A stretch of DNA of 64,000 bases from Mobula hypostoma. Lineage: Eukaryota. Below are positions 36,779 to 48,132 of this stretch, piece after piece. The DNA lies in the NCBI RefSeq assembly GCF_963921235.1, contig NC_086106.1:21390001-21454000 (forward strand). The letters run 5' to 3'. The stretch's first letter is position 1. Each line of letters opens with the position of its first letter. A program made the position numbers and the translations under genes. Under the pieces are notes generated by a model. That model had not been told where the DNA came from. It did no database searches and worked only from the letters and a program-made list of their open reading frames with translations.

Positions 36779-38183
36779 GGTTTCGTCTCCGGGAGTCAGA
36801 TGGAATATACATCTGCTAGAGAGTCTGCTGTGGCAGGTTCTTTCTCAAAACTGGGCAGAGAAACCTCAGCCGGTTTCTGTTCTAGATGAATTCAATTGTT
36901 TCACTGTTTCCGAATTATCTGATGTGGGGAAAAGCATCAGATTTTATTCACAATAGCTGTGGTTCCTTTTCCACGCAATTTCCTTGCAACTGATGAGCAA
37001 GACAGGGGTACTGCGAAAAGGAAATGACATAATCTACAGATGCGACAGTGAAATGTAGTTTCAACAAGATAACTGTGAGTGTCACAAAGTTGATAAACGT
37101 ATCAGCTGTCAGTTTCCAGAGCGCTCCAGTGAATGAGACAAAGTAATATAGAAAGGCGAGAACGGTTTCAGAAATGGAACAGGTGATTTGAGGAGCACTG
37201 TAGAATTAGGAAGCAAAGATGATAGCATTGAAGACTTCAGCAAGGGTACGTGAAGCAGCACCAGTACAGTCGTCTATGTAGCATGAAAAAAAAAAATGAA
37301 GAATTTTGAAACGCTACAAGAGAGTTTTGGAACATGGACTGTTCCACGTAGGTAACGAAATTACCGCAATAGCGGCGTTAGGGTTGGGGACATGCGGATT
37401 CCCACGGCTACCCAGTGGCTGTGGAAAAAGTGGAAGGATAGAAAATTTAAAAAAAAAAATGCTCTGCGTGAGAACCAGCTAACCAATGTTGATTAGCTTT
37501 CTTTCTCTTTCTTTGAGAGATGACAGGTATAATGCACTCAGGTTATACTCTGGCTAATTTCGCCGAATTTTATTCTCTGCTCGGTCAGCAACATTATTTG
37601 CATTATCAACAATGCCCGCATAATTGCAGCATAACTCTGAACTGATACTACAAACTGCTGACTAATTTTCAAAGAATTGTGCAAATATTGCTCTCAATAT
37701 TATCTTTATAATTATTATTATTATTACATTTTTTTCTCTCAGCTTAAACTGTTAAAACATAAGGGCCAGGTACAGCCAAACACGTCTATTTGTCAACTGC
37801 TGGAAAATTTCGAACTATTCTTGTGATGTTTCGTATTGTGGCTTTCTGAAGACCGACATGGATACTGCTTTACTTGCTCAGTTTTTCAATAGTATAATGT
37901 AGTGACTTTGGGATTATACCAGCTGTACATATTACCATGGGTCAATGTATAGCTGCTCATGTTTCAAAGTCTTTAAATTTCCTGCTTTATTATAGCATAT
38001 CAACAATGTTGCTTTTTCTCAGTTACTGATTTGGATATTGTGTATTTTTCGATTGGTTATATCTATAATTTAAGTTGCTCTTGCCTGATTATTCCGTGTC
38101 ATTGTATGCAGACAATTATTATGGATTGTCCTCTGTGCAATCACTGCTGCGTTAGAATATATATTTGTGGTATTCTGACTCAG

Positions 38184-38239
<56 letters not shown>
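38184..38239. repeat. (ATT)n microsatellite
   Basis: Uninterrupted ATT run. Confidence 0.98.
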
Positions 38240-40460
38240 CATCATTATCACATCACGTTACTTCAGCCAATTTCATCGCTCAGAAGGGGTTCAGAATTCT
38301 CCTCTAATCGAACCGAGTATGAGGAATAATTTGTGTTTTCTCACCGGGCTACAACCGACCAATCGATGCAAGCTCGATAGACAAGCGGCGATAGACAACA
38401 GCACAAGATTAATGGGTAAATGATTTATTTGAATTATGAGGACTTCAAACAGGACAGTGTGACATGTAGGAATGGGTTCAGGAAAAGTGGAAATAATCAG
38501 TGAGTTAAAAAAAATCAATCTGAAAGAGAGAATGTTTAACTATATCGTAAAGAAATTTAGAAATAAAATAAATTTGTCATTATTTGCTCTTACGGCATTG
38601 CTGAACGGAGGACAAACATGGAACACTGTAGCACAGAGCAGATACAGAAAGCACACTTAAACAAAATTAGCCGACTTCTTTTCCTTTTAAGAGAACTAGC
38701 ACTAGCGCTGGGATTGCCTCTAAGAAAATCGCTTGTGTTGCTGTACCTGTTAGACAGGCAGGCACCGTAAAACCCCAAAAGACTCAGTCAGCAGTCAAAG
38801 TAGCGGCGACTGCTGCAAGTGTTACTCTTGACAGAGGTCCACGTGCAAACGAGGACACTCAAGCTTTTGATGGAAGAAAGACAGATTAACATTATTATTC
38901 GAACTAAACACATTCATAATGCACATATATTATCAAGTAGCTGAACTTGAGACAGGGTGAGAGATACGTAAACGCACACAATGGCAAATTATCAACAGCT
39001 TATAAACAACACATTCCTTACTGTAAGTAAATTGCACAACGAATGGTAGATAAACGTGGACTTATTATAAAATTAGTCTATCTCCGAAGAAATGTTTTTA
39101 CAAAACACATGAATTAATATGAGAGCTAGTGAAACAGACCTAAAGACTGCAACAATGCTATGCAATAAAGTAATGAGATGACACCACCCGAAGAGTTCAC
39201 AGAAGTTCAAATACTTCAGCAATTTTTCGCAACCTGACGGTAATTACAAAACACAAAGGTAGAGCTTTCACAGAATGCTGATGACGAATCTGAGCTTACA
39301 GGCAAAATTAATGCAGCTAAAGCAATTAATTCAAAAAGTGAAAACAAATATGCATATACAGATGAAAACCTGATCTTTCGACGAGATAAGTGAAGAATAT
39401 ATAAAAAAAATAAAGCGAGTGGAATATAATAAAAAAACTGCAGGATACAACCGAGGTTATGAATGAAAATGAAAAAGACAAGTATGTAGTTGAGTATGTG
39501 GTAAAGAAGGAAAATGTAATGTTGGCAATATCTCATATGGAATACAAAACACGGCGAAAACTCTAAGCAATTAATAAGACACTAGCCAGGCTGCACGTAG
39601 AGCATTGTCCGCTGTTTTGCGCCCCGTACTCACTAAATATGTGTCGTTATTTGAGGGAGCCCAGAGGAGGATCAGGAATAAACATATGATGAAGGTTTAT
39701 CATATTTGCACCTGTATTCACTGAGATTTAGAAGAATGCGGACGATCTCATTGAAATCTTCCAAATGTTGAAAGGGTAGATATGGAGAGGATATTTCCGA
39801 TGGTGGGTCTATTCGGAACTGGAGAGCACCGCCTCAAAATTGAGGGGCCAACATTTAGAACAAAGATAAGGAGTGAACATCGAGTGGCAACCAGTTAGGA
39901 AGAAAAAAGAAACTAATGCCACAGACTGCAGTGGAAACCAAGTCCGTGCCTAAATTTACTGCTGAAGTTCATTGTTTCTGATCGGTCAGAGAATGAAAGG
40001 GTATCGGCAGAAGAAAGGAGTATGGAGTTGAGTGGGATGCGAGATCAGCCATGGTGGGTTGGCGGAGCTGAAACGATGGACTGATTGGTCTAATTCCACT
40101 CCTATGTTTATGTCTTATGTTGAATTGTTGGAGGGGCGGCACGTGGTGCAGGAAGGGCCTTTGTCCCGTTTTATATCTGTGTGGATAACCAATTCAATAA
40201 CAAGGATTGGTTGGGAAAATCGCAAGCTCCCATGACAGCCTGCAGTTTTGACAGTTTCCTTCTATCAATGCCGTTATTGGACAACAGTGTTACTTCATGA
40301 TTAACACTACTACCGCAGGCATCGTGCCACGAGCAAGGAGTTAATTATGTAGAGACGTTCGCCATCTTGATAAGGAAATCGAATTAACTTGGCGAAGTTT
40401 GGAATACTGAAATTAATGATGCGGAAGAAAAGTATCCAAACCCATACTGAGGAAATGTCA

Positions 40461-40610
40461 ACAACAGGAATTCCGCAGATGCTGGAATGTCAAGCAACAC
40501 ACATCAAAGTTGCTGGTGACGATGGGTCTCGGCCTGCAACGTCGACTGTACCTCTTCCTCGAGATGCTGCCTGGCCTGCTGCCTTCACCAGCAACTTTGA
40601 TGTGCGTTGC
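40461..40610 (+). mobile_element. 150-bp Penelope-like terminal fragment with inverted 3' end and 13-bp target-site duplication
   Basis: TGAGGAAATGTCA at 40448-40460 and 40611-40623; empty site in the paralogue at ~575-590; internal inverted repeat GCAACACACATCAAAGTTGCTGGTGA / TCACCAGCAACTTTGATGTGCGTTGC. Confidence 0.88.
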
Positions 40611-43083
40611 TGAGGAAATGTCAGTTGAGTAACACAGCGTTGAATTTCTGGGTGTTCATCGCGTCAATCCGAGACATGTTGTCGTGGTTCCATTTCAGTG
40701 CGATGCAACTGCAGTACACTTCTCCTGGGCTGATTCAAAGCAAAATGCCTCACATGCGGTGAACAAACAAAAAAAAAACTCTATATTGTCTGGATAGATG
40801 AATGAGCTCTACGTTTTGTACAATTCCACAAATTCCTTCGCACCTTAGGTGGGTTAGAAATGCTGACAAGGACGTAATTCCTAAAAAGTAAAACATAATT
40901 TCCACGTATCACTGCACAAATCTTGATCGATTCATGTAATTCAATTCCCTTCAGACCTGCCGGTGGCTTTCGGAGCAGTTTGCATATCTGCTGCTGAAAA
41001 TTTCCAGCAATTGCAGAATTTCTTCTCGCTAGGTTTGGTGTTTCCTAATCAACAAGATTTGATTAAGGAGCTTCTGGTAAATTAACCTACATGAACTAAT
41101 AACCATAATACGATGGGAGTGTAGCAGTCAATTAAACGTAACGAGAAATATATCCCGAATGTCAATTTCATTCAATGTTGTCACGAAGATTTGGAGAGAA
41201 AAAAAAAAAATACTGGGTCTGGTTTTGGGTTTTGTGCAGTGAGCTGGATTTGATGAAGTATCTTAAGATAAGGAAACTATTTTTTTTAAGCAGTGGTGAG
41301 GATATAATAATTTTTACCCACCAATTTGAGAGGTACAACCTGATATTGAGGCCTCCCATTCAGTAAATCTAATTACAATTGTCTGAGAGAGGAGCGTGCC
41401 AGGTTTGATCATATGGAGATGACGGTAGAGCAGCGATGTTTAACCATGAAAATTGTGGTCTCTGCTTTTCAAGGTTTTTATAACAGACTAGATGGATTTT
41501 TGCCGAAGTTGCGTATGATATAAACATAGGTGAAGTATGGGGTACTGCTGAGGAAGCAGGGAGCAGGAAGCATTCACCGGTGGTAGGATAAGCTACGACA
41601 AGGCTCACATCAGTGGCAGATACATCAAGCAGCAGGAAAAGGTATAAAATGTAATTTGATCGCAGGAACAAAGTCGTTGGAAATATTCTAAATAAGGAGT
41701 GAATTCGAAAAACTCAGGAGTATACAAACTTGACAGTTCTACTTCGTGAATCCTTTACGGTCAACTTGAGTACTGAGTCTGTACTAAAAAAGGCAATGTG
41801 GGTTGTTAGGAACAAAATATTTAAAAAACTGTGATGTAACGTTGATTTTAATAAAAGGTAAATCGCACTACATTTGCAGTCTGGAAAAAAAAAAGTTATG
41901 TGCTCAAATTCCAAAGGGAGAGTGTGCTAGTTTACAAGGGAGAAAAGTAGAAACTTATGAGAATAATCCCGGGGCAGACATATTATCGTAGGTCGAGAGT
42001 TTAATGTTTCTTAGGATTAGAGCAATGATATGAATCCCAATGTAACATAACCAGCAAAAATGTACGGGGTACAGTGGACGTGCGGATGATAGATCCAGCA
42101 GCGGGAAAGTGGAGCCTCAGAGGAACTCAACCTCAGAAAACAGGGCATGGCTTAGATTACAGTGGAAACATTATTTATTTTTATTTTTTATTTTTGCCAG
42201 ATTCTATATGTGTGGAATTGCTTGTCACAATGTGTTGGGGAAGACATGTACGGCAAATTTCAGGCAGAGGTAAATGTCTTCTCAAGTCGTAAGTGTATCA
42301 GAATTTGGACGGAGTTGCCAGGCGAATGCAGTTGAGATTTTATAGTAAATACACGACGATCCAGTGGCAGACCCAATGTCGAGAGGTCAAAAAGCCAAAA
42401 TTTTATCCGATGGTCTCAAGGCCAGATCCTGTACATACCTCTAAAACGCGCTTTAATATACCATACATTTCATTAGTTCTATGGACAGCCTCACACACAC
42501 TAGAAAAGGATAATAGATATAGTTGATAAATATTGAGCGCCGAGAGGATTAGCAAGTGAGTTTTGTTTAGACATTCTAAACATTTGGAAGTTTATAATGT
42601 TCGAATGTATTACTTAATTGCACTGAGTTCAATGGCTTCAATGTTTTGGATAATAGGGAGGTGATACTTGTTGGTACTGTCGCGTAACCGCCTATTTGCC
42701 GTTCTGTACGATTTTTTCAGCTTACGTTCTTCACTATTTGACGCAGTCTGTAGCAGGTTTGGTCCTGGACAATACAGAAACTCAACATCGCAGCGTTAAT
42801 CACGAAGCTCAAGAGGCATGTGGTCCATGGGAGATTGCAAGAATGGATTTAGAATTCTCCTGCACTCGGAAGGCATAGCGCCGTACTAGTTGGAAGTTAC
42901 TATGCCGAGATCTCAAGAATTACAGATGTTGCTTGAGTAACTGTTTCGAGACCCTCACTATCTGCGAGATTAAAAATTACCGTGTGATTTTGTGTAATGA
43001 TTTTAATGTGAAAGTAGAGAAATGGCAGAAATTATAGTGTGTTGTTTACCGAATAGAAAGTTGCACATGTTGCACCGTGATGT

Positions 43084-44296
43084 TATCATAAGGGTGGTGG
43101 CTGGGAACGGATCCAAGTGCAAGGTAATGACACTGAAATATTAATCACAAGACTAGGATACAGGGCGATGGCAAGTATATGGAGAGCAAAGCGAGGAACC
43201 CGGAACACGACTGAGCATGAGAATTAGGAGCCCGAGCTTGGACTCCGAGCCAGAGACTGGACAAGGTCCCAGTACCTGGGTCTTGCCTCTGGCTCGGACC
43301 CCAGAACTAGGCAAGGACGAGGATTGGCAGGCAGGCAGGACGAGGCTGGAGCCTTCAGGCTAGAAGCTAGAGGCTAGAGACTTGGCTTGGCTTGGCAAGA
43401 GGCTCGTCGCTGGAGACTTGGCTTGGCTAGGCAAGACGCTAGAGGCTAGAGGCTGGAGTGTACAGGATCGAGGCTACGCAGGAGACGAGGCGAGGCTTGG
43501 CAGGAGGCTGGAGACTTGAGACTTGAGGTCAGGCGAGGCTGGCGGCGGGATACTTGAGGCTAGGCGAGGCTGGAGGCTGGAGACCTGAGGCGAACCGAGG
43601 CTGGAGCCTTGAGGCGAGGCGAGGCTGGAGGCTGGAGGCTGGAGACTTGAGGTGAGGCGAGGCTGGAGGCTGGAGGCAGGAGACTTGAGGCGAAGCTTGG
43701 CAGGAGGCAGGAGACTTGAGACTTGAGGCCAGATATGGCTCCTCCTAGGCAGGGCGCGGATCACCTGGGCAGGGCGCAGATCACCACCCGACAGAGGCAA
43801 GGGACAGGAAGGGATAGAACCAACCCAGGAAACGGCAAGACGACCTGGTTTACCTGGGTGGAAGGCAAGGGACAGGAAAGGAGCTAGGTACGGGGTGGCT
43901 CCAGGACAAGACAGCGAGACAAGGGAACTCTGCTGGCGAAGCAAGGGAAGGCGAGAACTTCAGGTGAGGCGAGAGTTACCGGCAAGACAAGGCAGGGCTT
44001 CTTGCAAAGGAAAGCGAGACAGAAGTTGCGGCGAGTCGAGAGTTACTGGCAACACAAGGCAAGTCTTCAGGGGAGCAAACAGAAGGCAAGGGAAGGGATA
44101 CAAGTAATAAGATCAAGAACAATCCAGGAACCACGCACTGGTCACTGGAGGTATTTATTCAGTCAGCCCCAACTAGCATCAGCTGCCTCAATTAACTCAA
44201 CAAGGACAGAAACAGGGTAGATGGGAAAACTTGGATCAAGGGTCGATGGACCGGACCGTGAACCGGAATACGGACTTTATGGACCGGACCATGACA
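43084..44296 (-). mobile_element. Solo LTR (Gypsy-type) with internal low-complexity repeats
   Basis: Termini TATCATAAGG...CCATGACA on +, near-match TSD GATGT/GATAT, empty site in paralogues (~3180, ~17825); same family as the LTRs at 49174-51905. Confidence 0.85.
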
Positions 44297-47270
44297 GATA
44301 TAGAGAGAATGTAGATCTGGTTAGACAAATGAGAAATTACATGTCAAATGGAAAGAAAAAAAAAAGAAAACTGGTGTGAAATAACCAGCATTACAAGTTC
44401 GTACAGGATTATGAAGAGGCGCAGTGGTACAGATGGATGCTCGGCATCCATGTCAGTATGTTCCCCATTGCTGCCACGCAAGGGAATTTAAGAAATAACA
44501 TGGTGTACTGGATATTGAACTGGATATCGATTTTAAAAGCTGCGAGTATATACTATGCATCTCACAAAGATCCGGTGAGACAACACTAAGAAAATTGCGT
44601 TAATTTCTGAGTACTTTATTATAGAGAGGAAGTCTAAAGTTTAGTGAGAGGACTCAAAAGAATTATCATGAAGCCTCAAATATTAGAGAACGCCTTAAGC
44701 GGAAATTTTGAAAAAAATCTAGAGATTTTCATTTTAGAACAACGCTAGTTGACAGTCAACTTAATATAAACGCGTACGACTATGAAAGGCATTGATAAGA
44801 TTTTTCTCAAGGCGGTAATACCAAGCACCAGAAACTTCAGTTTATGGTTCTCAGACGGAGATGTACCGCAGATAACTGAAATAGTGTGTTGTTGTTGTTT
44901 TTTTTTCACAGAGATTAGCGGGAGACGGAATTTATTGCAGGAGATGGTAGAATATTCATGATGATTTTTTTTTAAGAGACTACTATGTCGACATATAATA
45001 GCGTCATTGTATGAGGGAATGTTTGGATAGATAGTTTAGTGTTAGTTGGCAGAGCAAAGTCCCACGAAGGGTCCGCAGTGTGTTGTCCTGTTTGATATTA
45101 TCTTTTTTATGTTCCATGAGAAGGCGAACGGCAGATAGTCCAATGCTTTGTTCTGTCTTACCTCCAAATTTGTTATCATCATTTTTTTATCATTTTGCTT
45201 ATATTAAGGACATTTCACATTATAAGAATTTTACTTTATTTTATTTCATTTTTTTATTTATTTAATTATTTGATTATTTGATTATTTATTTATTTATTTA
45301 TTTATTTCTGCATGCATGCATACAGAACTCGGGAAAACACTCTGTCAGCTTTTGTAAATTTGCCGTTGCTCATTAGCTTCTGACAGCCAACAGAAAAATA
45401 AAAGGCCCGGTCACATACATCATGACTCAAAGGAAGTTCAGCGCCGACTGTCCACAGGCGCTCAAACACACTCTACAATATACTTGAGAAATAAATGAAA
45501 CAGGTAATTTCGTTTTGAAATTTTAATGTAGCATCTTATTGTAGAATTTTTCCATGTGGTTCATGTCAAATTACAGACTTTAGAATGTGGAGAAGTATTG
45601 AGTTTCTGTAGTTACTCAGTCCTCTCGATTCCATATTAATAACATCTCACATCATTTCAAAACCGGATTCCTATGTTCCCAGCAATATTTGCGTAATGAT
45701 TTTCAGGAAAACGTACGAAATTGTCTTGAATTCAAATAATCGTTCTACACAGTAGTTTCAAAAGAGGCTTCCCATGGATCTATGAACTTGTAGAGAAGTA
45801 AAATAATAGAAACATTGTTTTTCTCACCAGAGATATAGGTCTGAAGAAATTAAAAAAAAAAATACACATCCCAATTAATTCTCTACCGTTACTGGATCCG
45901 CCACGAATAGGAATATTTTAATGTTTCACAAAGCCTGGTTTCGTTCACAATGTGTCCAAAAGACTGTTATTGTCCTTGACAATTTTACCAACGACTTGCC
46001 GAAGTGGACAAATGATTGGAACCTGGTGCAAGTGGAGAAATAAAATTATTGCACGTAAATGCTGAAAAATGTGAAAATTCACGGGAAATAATAATTAAAA
46101 TATAGAACATTTAAGAACAATCTGCCAGCGCGGCTACACCGAGAGATGGAAGATCTACCCGTTCCACTGTGTAAAATACATTGCTGTAATTTTTTTTTTC
46201 TGAGAGAAGGACGAATGGGAAAAAAAAAATGAGCAATAATTTTATTTTCAACGACTGATGCACTATCTCCAGGTTCGTTGCGCTTTAATTTAGCGAAATA
46301 AGATCCATGAGAGGGGAATGATTTTTCATGTTTGGTATGAGAATTGTGCGGTGAGCTGTTAAATTTAATACACCCCGGTGTAAATCTTCAGAACTAGTTC
46401 GTGTAACATACCCTAATGCGTGTAACATACCCTAATGCTAAAGGAACTCAGCAGACTAGCCGGCATTTATGGAAAAGAGTAAACAGGCGATATTTCAGAC
46501 ATAATTTATTAGGATATCTATGTACCTACTACTTGACTTGTGGAGAACATCGAGCATTTTCGCTCTGTTGCTTGGGTTTGCAGCATCTGCAGATTTTCTC
46601 CTGTTTCCCCATTCACTGAGACAGGTCATCCTCCGTATTAATTATAGTTCAATCAGTTTTCATATGTGTATTTTCCCCCGATAATATTTGTTCTACTTTG
46701 GCTACTTATCGTATATATGCTATCATATTAAAGTGTTCTGACGGATGTCGCTTGAATTGCGGTTTAAATGTGGGTGTCAGGCTCATTCGCAACTGGGCAA
46801 CTGTACTGACTAATCGCATCATGAGGTTGAGCGTGATAAATATTGACTTCCGCAAGCTTTCAACTTACAGTTTCCGAGGACCTGCAGAGTCACTTAGCAC
46901 AGAACATTTCTGAGAAGTTCCGTCAAATTTGATTAAACGACGTAATGACCCAAGATCAGCATTTCTTATTCTGCCCCCATAACCATCTGCTGGCAACACA
47001 AATAATCGCTCTGCATATGCATATGAACTCCTGCCTCTGCTCTTGTAATGCATGGTTACAGAGCTGCGCTGCTTTTACATGAATTGTGCCTTTCCAAAGA
47101 TGAGCTCATGGCTGACAATCCAAACGCATTATTTATTAATTTGTTTATTTATTCCAATCGTATAGCTTCTATCTACGAAATCTGATTCAAAGTTGATATA
47201 TTCAACAAAACTACCCTTGAACGCACTTCGATGAAACGGCTTTCTAAATTTCGGCAGTTCACATATCTAC

Positions 47271-47325
47271 CGACTGAAACAGTGACCGTGGTCCCCGTTC
47301 CACCTCGATAGCCAGTGCAGTAACT
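47271..47325 (-). CDS. NAR-TCR J segment, cassette 4 (SYCTGYRGGTGTTVTVSV)
   Basis: J motif, phase-1 donor GTAGAT, RSS CACCGTG-23-ACATAAATC (47326-47364). Confidence 0.88.
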
Positions 47326-47699
47326 CACCGTGATCCGACACTCAGTCTCACTGGTACATAAATCATCCTCAACTGAGTCTAATTATCAGAGGACATTGGA
47401 CTGTGTACAAATATTGCAGACGTTTCAAACATCAACAACACTATTCAGTGTTCCAGAAACCCCTGTAAAGCTACCTGTGAAAAACACAACTTTCAGATGA
47501 CCGCTTCATACATTCCGAATGTCGTTTCCCTAAACTTCAGCAAATGTGAAAGAAAAAAAAAAATCCCGAAAGGGGTAAAGTACAATGGAATGCACCAGAT
47601 CGCAGCGGGAAAGTAATCCCGCATATGATTCTATTTCCTGACTCCAGAATACATACTTTTTCGGAGCTGAACGTTTTTGTTCGATTATCCTTCGTTGCG

Positions 47700-47713
47700 C
47701 ATATTCGGAAATC
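47700..47713 (-). pseudogene. NAR-TCR D segment, cassette 4 (GATTTCCGAATATG); J-side heptamer mutated
   Basis: V-side CACAATG-12-TTGAAATCT (47714-47741); J-side CGCAACG-12-ACAAAAACG (47672-47699) lacks the essential CAC. Confidence 0.83.
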
Positions 47714-48092
47714 CACAATGTCTCATGTCAGGTTGAAATCTCAGAATAGGACTGAGCCGGAGGTAACGGCTTCCCAACTACTATTTTTGTTTTTCCATCC
47801 AGTTGGCGGAGGGTGACATCTGACGTAATGGTTTGGGAAGGTAGAAAATCATTATCACTTGTTATTCGCTAAAATCAGAACTGTGAAAGGTGGTTTTGTA
47901 TATGCAAATTCAGAAGAAGAATGAACGAGTATGAACAGTAAACTTCATCTCTTCTTTCAAAACCTACTGTACGGAACGCAGGAGAAATGCCTCGTTGAAT
48001 TACGGACAGATTAATTCTATTACTTAAGCTGCTGAAGGGATAAGTTGCAGTAAGTATTTGAGTACAGCGGGAATCAATTGCCCAGCTCTGTG

Positions 48093-48132
48093 TATGTTCA
48101 TGTTTTTATTCAACTTTACAGAAATAGGTGGC
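48093..48132 (-). pseudogene. NAR-TCR V4 remnant (last ~13 codons plus RSS)
   Basis: ATYFCKVE*KHEH, RSS CACAGAG-22-ACTCAAATA (48055-48092); abuts the CR1 3' tail. Confidence 0.88.

Noticed and set aside
37596-37603. Octamer ATGCAAAT on the minus strand upstream of leader 3
   Set aside because: About 820 bp from the ATG, absent from paralogous promoters, and expected by chance in AT-rich DNA.
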